From NCBI RefSeq assembly GCF_018977255.1, contig NW_024704742.1, positions 106,144,001 to 106,208,000 of the forward strand: a stretch of 64,000 bases of DNA, written 5' to 3'. Source of the DNA: Callorhinchus milii. Lineage: Eukaryota. Every line of letters begins with the position of its first letter. Position 1 is the first letter of the stretch. The notes beneath the pieces are model-generated. The model did not search any database. It was not told where the DNA came from and saw only the letters and a list, made by a program, of their open reading frames with translations. A program made the translations under genes and the position numbers. This document shows, in pieces, positions 37,351 to 47,975 of this stretch.

Positions 37351-37685
37351 CGGAGTCCTGTAGCTCAGTGGTTAGAGAGAGCACTTGCCTTGCAAACGAG
37401 AGACATGGGTTCGATTCCCAAAAGGGCGAAACTTTGGGCAAGTTTTCTTACACCACGCACCTCTGTTTACCTAGCAGTAAGTCGCAACCCAGTTCCGGGG
37501 GTAATACTTTATTAAAAAAAAATTGGTCACTCAATCCACGACTGTTTGTGGGACACTGCTGTGTGCAATTGTCTGCTGTGTTTCACCACAAAATATACAG
37601 TCAATTCACTTTATAGTATATTCTGTGAAGTGCTTTGATTCGTCTCGATATAGTACCTTTCATGTCATGGGGATGTCTCAACATG
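37351..37685 (+). mobile_element. tRNA-derived Deu-SINE, long subtype
   Basis: ggagtcctgtagctcagtggttagag...ggttcgattcc...cctctgtttacctagcagtaagt...ctgtttgtgggacactgctgtgtgcaattg. Confidence 0.92.
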
Positions 37686-37866
37686 CTGCACAGTCAAGGG
37701 ATTGCACCTGAGCTGGAGGTTGGATCCGGGAGGGGTAGGGGCCAAGGGGGTGGAACAGAAGTAGGGGGGAGCGATCACTAAAGGTGCTGTCAAAGAGGAA
37801 GGTCTTCAGATGGATCTTGAAGGAAGTGAGGGAAAGGGTGAAATGATGGGACTTCAGGATGGAGTT
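37686..37866 (-). mobile_element. L2 3' end, degenerate
   Basis: Minus strand SFKIHLKTFLFDSTF. Confidence 0.8.
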
Positions 37867-38349
37867 GACTTGAATAACTTCAATGGTTGTCTGAGTAGAT
37901 GACCCAGTAAAAAGTACCAGGGCAGCCAATTTTTGATTTTATTTTAGAATTACTGTTAGAAATGGCAACTGTTGGAAATTACTGTCACTGTTTAGGAAAT
38001 GGGGACAGATAGGCTGGGACCAGATTTATCAGACTGGGGTTAGATAGTTAATGGGTTCAAATTTCTCTTTTGAGGTGGATAAAATTAGTACAATGTTTAA
38101 AAACTCTCTGAGGCATAAGCAGAGATCTAGGGTCTAAACTAGCTCTGAGATGACAAAAGTCTGATGCAATTTTGGAGTTATAGCCATATTCTCAAGCCAA
38201 AGCCCCAAAAGATAGCTGCCAGCTCTAGTTGGACAATACACTGTTTTGTAGTTACCTGCTTATTGGCAACAACAGAACAGCATATATTTGGGGTCTGATT
38301 TGTGATATTTCTTAATGAGATTCCTTAATAAGAAATATGAGTCATACAA

Positions 38350-38898
38350 ATGGAACGTATTTAACTTCTTAACTTTCCCTGCGTATCCCTCAGACACACC
38401 AAACCTGAACACCACCTTTGCATCAGGTTTGAATCCCAGTTATCCTTCCTATCCCACATCTGGTCCCTGACCTGTACAGCCTTACTCAACCTCCACCACA
38501 TTGGCTGTCGTCACTCTTATTTTACTTCAAATTCTGCTGAAATTCTCATTCATGCTTTCATCACTTTCTGCCTTGATTTTTCCCATGCACTCCTCGCCAG
38601 TCTCCCCAGCTCCACTATTAACAGGGTCCAAATGATTCAAAACTGCCAACCATATCCTCACCTGTATGAACCTCCACACTCCCATCTGTTCTTGCCAGGC
38701 TCCACTGTTGCGGAACGGATCGATTTGAAGATCATCAACTCTCCTCACATCCTGCCACTTCCCTGCCTCTCAAATCTGCTCACAAACAATTTTAATACCC
38801 ACCACCTTCACTCAGATGCCTCGGGTCTTCAGCATGTCCCTTGTCGCCTCTGCAACACAATTAGCGTCATGTTTTCAGCCACTATCCCCTGAATCTCT
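38350..38898 (+). mobile_element. Degenerate L2 fragment
   Basis: QMIQN...gccaggctccactg...RIDLKII...; followed by a 27-bp SINE head ggagtcctgtagcttagtggttagag. Confidence 0.7.
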
Positions 38899-40589
38899 GG
38901 AGTCCTGTAGCTTAGTGGTTAGAGTTGTTGTTCTAGTGTTAACCAGAAGTACATCATTTACTTCCAGGAAATAGATCCCTTTATTAAGGATTCGTGTTAA
39001 GAAATACCCTAAATTAGATTCAATTATTCCACAGAATTGGTCATCAGGAATATTATTTCAAGTTCAATTCAATTTCTTACAAAAAATTGATTTTCCCATT
39101 TATATCTATACAAGAAAATGAACATTTTAATGATTCTGTCCTTGTTCACTGCTCAATGGACTGAATGTCTGATCTAAGTATAGATTTTTTAAAAATTTGT
39201 GGACATTATGCTTCGAGGACCGAGGCTTTCAAGTCTTACGGATGGATTTCTATTTGCAACCCATTATTTCCAGTAAGAAAAATGGCAGAGTATTATTATT
39301 AAGCACCTGCATTAATAACATAGGCACAGGAAAAAAAAGTCCTGACAAGGGTTAAAAGACTTAGAAGGAAAATTGGAAGCAGTCTAAAATCATTAGTATA
39401 ATGCACCTGTGACACAAGGCATTATACACTGCAACAACCTAGTTCTCATTCAGAGCAGTATACAGTGCCTGGAGGCTCTAGATGACTTATTCAATTACTA
39501 AGGCTTTATCAGCGCAAGCTTTTAATCCAGTCAGAGTGTTCCTAAAATTACTATTTTTAGGACTTTTTTGGTTAATTTGTCATGAATATGAAATCCAAAT
39601 GATAGACAAAGATTCAGTGAATTCATAGAGAATGGAATAAGTTATCCAATGACTTATTGTATTATCCAAGCCTTGACACTGTCAGTGGATGAATTAGTGG
39701 AGCTTCCAATTAGATTTTTCATTTGCTTTGGATGTGGAAGATTGATCTTTTTCACCTCTCCCAGCAGCACCTCCACCAAATGCCATCGTGGAACAGAGTT
39801 TCATTGTTTCACCTTTCATGTGTTCTGAAAATTCTTGACTTAAGTAATATCTTTACTGTTTCAGAAATACATGACTAACATGGCAAGAAGGTACAGTAAT
39901 TACACCACTTTATATTGCTGCCGTGAACTTACCACTAAGTTATTTAAATATTTGTGAAGAATCATCCGAGTGTAATTTTTTCCCTCCTTGTTGGATATAC
40001 TTGTGCGTGTTCTTGCATCATAATACAAGTGAAGGTGAATTGAATAAGGAACATTATAATATGAACAAACTTTGACAAGATCACTCGTAATATTGCATGA
40101 ATCAGCTATCTTTTCACTCCAGCATATTAAAGGACAACTCTATCTTTTCCTTTTCAGAAACTGGAGAGGAATTGTGACCTATGCTCAGGCACTTCTTTTG
40201 CATTAATTTCTGATAAATGTGCTTTGCGACGTCCTCCGACATGAACGATATAAGATAAATGTAAATTGTTTTGTATTGGTATTATAATTATGTTACTGCA
40301 TTTGTAATAATAAACTTTTACTGCAAAACAATCTAGTCTGGTTTGTTTTCATAAACCAAGAAAATGATAAAACCTTGGACAAATCATTAAAGAAAGGCCT
40401 TGTGTCATCCTCGCATAACTGAAGAAAAAACATTGATTTTCATGCTTAATGACCTTTCTTATTTGCAATTTTTATTGGAGTGAAATAATTAATCCTTGCA
40501 TCATATATACTGTCATTACATTTTTGAAACATGTGAATTCTTCACATGATTCTCTTTTCGAATTGTGCCATGGTATCTTTGATGTTCAC

Positions 40590-40840
40590 CTGAAAAGATA
40601 GACAGGACTTTGGGTTAACGTCTCATTTAAAGAGGGCAAATCAATCAATGCAGCACGTGGCAAATACGGGGGCCAATTTGCACCCAGCGATGTCCCACAA
40701 ACAGGCATGAAGTGAATGACAATTTTTTTATTTGGGGATTGTTGGCAGGGCACTACAAGAAACTCCTCTCTCTTTTTAAATAGTGCCATTGGATCTTTAA
40801 CATCCACCTGAATAGGCAGACAGGAACTCAGTTTAACGGA
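40590..40840 (-). mobile_element. Older Deu-SINE fragments
   Basis: gccaatttgcacccagcgatgtcccacaaacag...ggatctttaacatccacctgaataggcagacagg. Confidence 0.75.
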
Positions 40841-42234
40841 ACTGGTGGAATTAAACTGTCTCCTGCCATTGAAATGATGTTCCAGCTCCCATCTCCTGAG
40901 CTGTCTTTAGGATTTTGGATGCCTCTCCAGCAAAGGTAGTTACAGAGCAAACGTATTTTGATTTTGTCTCCATCCAGCAAGAAGGTAATGCTGCTTTATG
41001 TCAAACAATCTATTTTTTCACTTCCAAGTGAAAGGATAAGGTCTTCATACAACTTTATGTTGTTCCCTCAGGGATACAAGAGCTGCATTAAGAGTTTCTA
41101 CAGGTGGGATATAATTTATATAAAACTTAATTTTAACATCTATGAGGCCTTGTAATTCTGTTGCATGAATATATGAACAGGTTGCTAACCTTTTTCTGAA
41201 GTATACTTTCTTTTCCGTGTCAAAAACGCAGAATAGCTCCAGTGTGACAAAGGGCAAAGTGGTACATTATTTGTTATATTCAATTTCCCTCCAGTGAACT
41301 TTAGCATTTGTGGATTTCCATTGGTCCAAAGCAGATTGAGTGAGGGTTCACACTTCCCATATGTTCTGTGTTTTGGAGTGAGTGAAAGTGACAACTCACC
41401 CAAAGGAAACATTCACTATGTACACTATGTAGACAGTCTAGGACTCTCCCCGCCCCAAGCCCCCACCACCCCCAACTAAGCACCGATCTAAAGCTGGCTT
41501 TGCTCTCTTTAAGTCTGAGAGAATATAAAGAAGTATATGTATGCTCATTCTCTACTCTGGGATATGACCTGTGCAAGATGCACTGATCACTCAAGCCCAC
41601 AAGCAATCCAGGCCCACCACAGCCCTGGAGTTTCCTGAGTCCCAACAGGACATTGCCTCACAAAACCATCTGGGTATCATACTGACCAGCCACAGGCTCA
41701 AGGCAAGTACTGATTTTCTCTATTGCGAACATGTGTTCTTAAACATAAAGTCTATTTGAAAGATATGGATGATGGAGGTAAATAGAGACATAATTGGTTA
41801 TACCTAGAGATCTGATAAGAATGTCAGGAAATTAAGCCTAGGGTAGAGGAGGAGATTGAACTATGCCTTTCAAGTGAAGGTCCTCAGTGATGGGTTCCAA
41901 GTCCAAATTGGTCATGATTACACAAACCAGGTGCAGCAATAGAACATAGTGAGTTAGGAGTTCAGTCTAGGAAGATAAAGAACAACAACGATTTACACTT
42001 ATATAACAACTTTCATGCTTGGTATCCTCAATCTTGATTTCAGCCCACAGTTCGGGTGCAAAATCTTCACAGTCCAGTGCCTTGTGTCATTCTTCCGCCA
42101 AAAGTAGGACTATATAACTGTAATTTTGTTGTTGTTGTTGAGTAGGAGCCCAAGTTGAGGCAAGGCTCAGGAGGGGTAAGATGGACTATGTAAGAAGTTA
42201 CTATATTGGGCTGTATCTGCTTCTCTAAATGAAC

Positions 42235-42803
42235 TTTTGTTTTGGTCAGCTGGGTGTCTGACACGCGTGGAAATCCATCACCATGCTTAAGAGTATCCAA
42301 ACTAAGATGAGAATTCCATGCATCCCACCTACATTTGATTGACGGAATGAAATGCGCATTCTCTCTCTTGGAGGGATGCATCCTGCTTACCTAATTCCAG
42401 AAAGTATTAGGCACAGGTTGGCAAGTGCCAAAGCTTGGAGACCCCAGTGTGTGTATTGGGATATTGCTGGAGGCTAACCAGCTAAAATCTCATAGCTTGC
42501 CATTGATATTGCTTTCTGGCAAGCTTTTCCACTGCTTCATCAGCTAGGACCACCCTACAACTCTACTCAGGGTTAACTGGTGTTGAGTGGGATGACTCCC
42601 TGGCGCTGTGACTGGTCTGTACTTCCAGGTCCTGCTGATGTGCCAGCCTGGCTGTGCTGTCATCAGCAGTGTCCTGGAATACTGTGGATCCGCCTGGCTC
42701 AGGAGCCATACGACTGAGACCACCACGGAGGGCTGACTCGATTCCAACATTCCATTGTCTCCTTGGAGCAAGCTCACTCTAAGGAAAACCTGCTTACCTT
42801 CCC
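42235..42803 (-). mobile_element. Family X, best-preserved full-length copy (~570 bp)
   Basis: Minus strand runs from gggaaggtaagc...gctccaaggagac through the hairpin region to gcatggtgatggatttccacgcgtgtcagacacccagctgaccaaaacaaaa. Confidence 0.88.
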
Positions 42804-43796
42804 ATCTGACAAGCGTGGGCTTGAGCCCTCGCTACATGGATGGTAGGTACAAGCAAGCTTCCTGGTGGGCAACACATTTCAGCATGAAATGCGTGAGAGC
42901 ATTGCTACCATCTTCCTGTCCACAGCTCAGCCATACACCCCTTCCCATTGAGGCATGGTTCCACCAATTGGAGGTGTGGAGTTCAAGCATCAGTTGCTTG
43001 CCTCTCATAATTTACAGTGGAAACATGTCGGAGCTATCCCACTATAAACAGTAAAGGTCTGGTAACATGACTACACATGGGCTTGACATTGTTAGCAAAA
43101 CCAGAAACTATGGAATGTCTCATTCCCCAAAAAGTTCTCCATATCAGTATGGAGGATAAGGTGGGTACTTGTACATACAAGTCAGGTGAGAGCTAGACTG
43201 CAGGCAAGGACTTCTGTCTCATCTACTGTAAAGACAAAATACTTCTGAAGGTCTGTGTCTGTTTTACGCAAGAATCCCAGATTGAAATGCTTCTTGTTAC
43301 TATATAATTCTTGGACAAGAATGACTGTCAAATATGCTTTTATTTGTTTTACTGCTGCAGGTTTGCACTCAACACTGAATAAAGTTCACTGGAATGAATT
43401 CTAACCCCTTTGGGGATCTCTTGCTTTGTATAGTACATATGTCTTGACATTTGTCCTCAATTTTAGTGAGCTAATCCAGGAGAAGATGTTAAATAAGATC
43501 ATATCTTCTTTACTTTCTGCTTTCATAGCTAGGTTACACATTTCAGATCCAGAATCTCTGCTACTGCACATAATCTACTTCTTTTCTTCTGAAGTTTAGA
43601 TTCAGAGAGATGTGGCTGAATAATCTATAGATTTGAACATAAAGTATATGAATAGATGATGTAAGTAAGATTCATATATAGTGAGTATGAGCTCTCTGAG
43701 AGCTATCCTAACGTGAAGGACTACATAATAATAATAATAATCCTTCATTTGATATAGCACTTTTCACATCTTCTCGATGTCTCAAAGCACTTCACA

Positions 43797-44655
43797 TGTT
43801 AGAATTTATACTTTTTGTATAATGTTAGAATCATAATAGATGTTGCGAACGGGTTAACTTTTAAGCTAAGTGTGGGGAGCAACTGGACTGACACTCATGA
43901 TTAACACTCAAGAGCAACAAAAGGTAACCCTCAAGCATAGCAGCTAACGAGCAAGTTGCTTAAACTAGAGGACCTTGGTACCATCCCAGGATACTGATAA
44001 GAAATAACCAGTCACTTAAAAGGAATGTACTAATGATCACACCTAACAAAATAACAAGCATCAGATAATAGGGGTCTTAAGGACAATGTGTATGTGTGCT
44101 GAGGCACGTACATCCCATGAAGTGTTCACGTGAACCCAGCATGATTTCGACCAGGTGTTCTAACGTCCGCACCATGATTGAACGAACATCGGTATAAGAG
44201 TTCCGATAACTTTGTATACTGGGCCGTCCCGGGTCGCGGAGATAAGGGTACGGGAGATGGGGCCATCCCGGGTCACGGAGACAAGGGTACGGGAGATGGG
44301 GCCATCCCGGGCTGCGGAAACAAGGGTACGGGAGATGGGGCCGTCCCGGACTGCGGAGACAAGGGTACGGGAGATGGAAGACTGAGAGCTAGAAACACTA
44401 AGACTGAGGATATCAGATGGAAGATTGAAAGCTGTAAGCAAGAAGACTGAAAGCAGGAAGAATCAAGCTTGTGTGCTGTAAAGGCACAGTGTTGTACTCG
44501 AGATATCTACGGTGGTATTGTTCTGTTATAAGATCTGTTGATTGTACCGGCCTTTGGTCTGACCCATCGGGATATTGGGGAATAACGAACGAATAATAAT
44601 AAAATAGTCTGATATCTGGCTGCAAACGGATTATGGCTGATTTTATTTTCTAACA
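43797..44655 (+). mobile_element. Solo LTR, 859 bp (Gypsy or ERV1-like)
   Basis: Ends TGTTAGAA...TTCTAACA, 4-bp TSD CACA/CATA, TATA-like tataag ~44193, aataaa ~44598; orientation inferred from these signals. Confidence 0.88.
44221..44376 (+). repeat. Four 39-bp CpG-rich tandem repeats inside the LTR
   Basis: Unit gggccRtcccggg...cggagacaagggtacgggagatg starting at 44221, 44260, 44299 and 44338. Confidence 0.97.
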
Positions 44656-45011
44656 CATAGAATAGACTGTAAAGTGAATTGACTGTATATTTGTGGGCGA
44701 AACGCGGCAGTTAATTGTGCAGGGCAGTCTCCTACAAACAGTCGTGGATTGAAAATGACCAATTTATTATTGTTTTTTGTTTTGGAGGGATTATTATTAG
44801 GTGTGTGGAGTAAGGAAACTTGCCCAAGGTTTTGCCCTGCCTTGAACCTGGGTGTCTAGCTTGGAAGGTGAGTGCTCTAACCACTGAGCTACAAGACTCC
44901 ACTCTTTATAAATACAAGTTGTTGTTGTTGTGTGACTTTGTATTCTGCATCAACTGAGAAGTTTATTTTTTCAAGAATTAACGATGTCTTTACAATATTA
45001 ATCAGTTAAAG

Positions 45012-45095
45012 TTTTTGCTCAGCTTACACACGCGGAAACCATTTACCAGACTGAGAGTCCCACACATTTATGCCACCTACACATGGAAATTTCCT
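45012..45095 (-). mobile_element. Family X 3' remnant
   Basis: tttttgctcagct...cgcggaaacc...ccacctacacatggaaattt. Confidence 0.55.
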
Positions 45096-45714
45096 TGTGA
45101 AATTCAGAAAGCAGATAACTAATAAGAATCAATGTGTGCCTTGCAAAGTGACATTAGCATTCATATTGCATTAATGTACATTATAAATGGCTAAAGTTTT
45201 TTTTNACACTGAACGACTGAGTGCAATTGAAAGTTAGAAAACAAATGGCCGGATTTCAGCGAATGTGACCCTCCATTACAAGTAAAATGTAAGGTTTGTT
45301 TCCATTTTGCACCGATATTCATTATCAATCAATTTCAAGCACATTATCATTTTGAGGTGACTGAGTTGTTTTCTGCATGTTGGAGCATCCCTTTATAGCA
45401 ACAAATACAGTACAGTTACGTTGCTTTCTTACATTCAGGATTAAGCAGCAATTCAGTGGATTGTACTTCCCCTGTAGCTATTCGATTTGCATGATTTCAC
45501 TGAACTTTCCATTGGATAGTTTTAACTTGCCATCAGCAATAAATTACCATATGAGATGCAGAGAATAGTATTCTTAGGCCATGGCATATGTAACTACTCA
45601 TGCATAGGCACTGCCAAAAGAGATCCTATCCACATGGGACGACACAGCCAAAACACCTTTAAGGAAATGATTTTGAACTATTTTTTCCGGATTTTGCAAA
45701 TTCTACAAAAGTAT

Positions 45715-45956
45715 TGGGTAGAATTTCCACCAGGGCTTAGATTTATTCTATTAACGTAGCATCTCAGGGGGTGCAGACTTTGGCAAACTGTTTGATTCAG
45801 TTTGAATTTTGAAGTCCTTTTTTCTGTAGCTCTTAAAAGGACTTACACAAAATCGGCACCAACATTAAACGGTTGTATTTAAGAATTTGACAGATTCTGA
45901 ACTCTTAAAATGTGACGTTAACAGAGCAAATCTAGATTCAGATGGAGTTTTACCCC
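45715..45956. mobile_element. Palindromic MITE with GGGTA termini
   Basis: Left gggtagaatttccacc...tagatttattctattaacgt matches the reverse complement of acgttaacagagcaaatcta...gatggagttttacccc over ~70 bp. Confidence 0.7.
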
Positions 45957-46004
45957 ATATGTTTGATATAAAAGATCCAGTAGGATCACTTGACTAACTT
46001 GGCA

Positions 46005-46381
46005 GTTAAGATGATAAAGGGATTTGATAGGGTAGATACAAATAAGCTATTTCCTCTGGTGGGGAATCCAAAACAAGGGGCATAGTCTTAAAATTAGAAC
46101 CAGGCCATTTAAAAGTGAAATCAGGAAGCATTTTTTCACTCAAAGGGTGGTAGAAATCTGGAATTCTCTCCCCCAAAAGGTTGTGGATATTGCATCCATC
46201 CACAGTTTCAAGAGTGAGGTTGAAAGATTTTTGGTAGCTCAGGGTATTAAGGGATATGGGGAGAAAGTGGGAATTGGAATCGAAAGGATTAGTTGAGGTA
46301 CAGATCAGCCATGATCTAATTGAATGGCAGAACAGGCTCGAAGGGCTGGATGGCCTACTCCTGTTCCTATGTTCCTATGTA
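46005..46381 (+). mobile_element. CR1 3' end
   Basis: KMIKGFDRVDTNKLFPLVGESKTRGHSLKIR...RKHFFTQRVVEIWNSLPQK, then the 3'UTR and (gttcctat)2 tail. Confidence 0.95.
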
Positions 46382-47309
46382 AGAACTTGTGTGAATGCAA
46401 GTCCAAATGCCATTATTTGTGTAGATACTAAGCAATGACTCTAGAGTTGGCTATAATTATTTTTATTTGTTAAATATATAAGGGCATCTGAAGTTATGTC
46501 TATATAAATGCATTTACACATTTAACCTAATTTAACCTGGTTAACCTAATCCACATATTTGTAACACATGTGAATTTGAACAATATTCAATTCCAGCAAA
46601 TGATCAGGATGGCACATTGCTATACATAAGACATGGTATTGGTGACTATTTGCCTCCATTATTCTAGCAACAGTCTGAAATCCACATCTCAGAATGTATT
46701 ATGAGCACTCACGATTGAAGACTGGAAGAACGATTGAAATACACCATTACAGTAGTTTGTGAATGTTCTATTTACTCTGTGAAGATCATTAGGCTGGAGT
46801 TCAAAGAAGATACTACTGTATTATGTGTTGTTTTCAGAGATTTATGTTTTGATATGTTTTGGTCTTTCCTCAATTCTTTATCATTGGGATGATTGTACTG
46901 GGAAATTTGATATTTATATCGAAAGTACCTCAAGCAGAACATAGATGGTGGGGCATCAAATGACTTGTAGATCGTAGACTTTAGCATAGGATGTCCATGG
47001 TCACTGGCCCAGCTTCTCAGATCTCATCATTGGTAACAAGTGGCGCTAAATTGTAGTGCTAGTGCTAAATTAACCCCATTGTGCATGAGAAGACTGGATG
47101 CAGAGTGTGCGTAAAAGTCAATGGCATATTTTTTGTCTTTTCTTTAATAGAATATAATTTTTTAAATAAATGTAGTATACTCTCCATTCTAGGTTTCCTC
47201 CATGCAAACTCCATTCCTAACCAAGAAGGTGATCTGATCATTTTCACCTTTTCCTCTCAAACACCGACTCAGGTAACAACATGATATGGAATAGAATTGT
47301 AGCTTAATT

Positions 47310-47545
47310 TATCCAGCTTGGTGTCAGTCTGGTTCACTCTCACCTCTGGGTCCGAAGGTTGTAGAAAACTCACATCAGGACTATGAACTCACATATTAAA
47401 TTGTGAATGCAGTGTTAGGGGAGCAATGCTTTATTGGAAGTGCTCTCCTTTGGATGAGATTTTAAACCAAAGTCCCATCTGCCTGTTCCGGTGGCCATTA
47501 AAAATCCCTTGACATTATTTGAAAAGAGAAGAGAATTTCTCTAGG
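47310..47545 (+). mobile_element. Older Deu-SINE 5' half
   Basis: ctctcacctctgggtccgaaggttgt...tttggatgagattttaaacc...ctgcctgttccggtgg. Confidence 0.7.
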
Positions 47546-47891
47546 TGCCCTTGGAGGCCATGAAACAAAATCCTGTTTAACATCCTCAATCCTTTTGAGT
47601 TCAGTGGATTGGAAATTGTCCTCACTTTCCCCTTATCCCCCACCCGACCACCCTCACACCCCTTTTCGGGTTCAGCCTTTGCAAAGTGCTTTGAGACATT
47701 CGCTTCATGAATGCTGCTAAAATTGGGAAATTGCTGAGAATGACCAATGTGAAAGACACTACAAATTGTGGCAAATTGTTGTTGGGGTTTTGGTGCATAG
47801 CCAATACAAACAGAATGAAAAGAAACAGATTGTTTCTATTGACTATTACACAAGAATCCCAACCTCTGTTGAGGCTAGCTTCTATTGCCAT

Positions 47892-47975
47892 CTTTCTGTC
47901 ACTCTCTGTCTGTCTCTCTCTGAGTCTCTTTAACATTCTATCTCTCTCTCTCTTTGTCTTGGTCTATCTCTGTGT
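47892..47975. repeat. Imperfect (TC)n low-complexity tract
   Basis: tctttctgtcactctctgtctgtctctctc...tctctctctctctt. Confidence 0.7.

Larger units (their letters stand above)
36994..37965 (+). repeat. ~100-bp diverged direct repeat (36994-37094 and 37865-37965)
   Basis: Both copies read ttgactt...gttgtctg.g.agatgaccca.taa...gtacca.ggcag.caatttttgattttattt.agaattactgtt.gaaatgg. Confidence 0.85.
43726..44902 (-). mobile_element. tRNA-derived Deu-SINE split by a solo LTR
   Basis: Tail half 43726-43796 (...aaagcacttcaca) resumes at 44656 (catagaatagactgtaaagtgaattgac) and runs to the head ...gctacaagactccac. Confidence 0.92.

Noticed and set aside
42490-42550. Hammerhead ribozyme in family X (CTGATGA...GAAA on the minus strand; CTGATGA at ~13011)
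   Set aside because: Stems I and II cannot form. The first CTGATGA is ctggaca/ctggata in other copies, and the second is sequestered in a perfect hairpin.
44221-44376. 39-bp repeats as a CRISPR array or a repeat protein (ORFs 44178-44450 and 44160-44441)
   Set aside because: The units are contiguous with no unique spacers, there are no cas genes, and they lie inside a eukaryotic solo LTR. The ORFs are open because the unit is stop-free and a multiple of 3.
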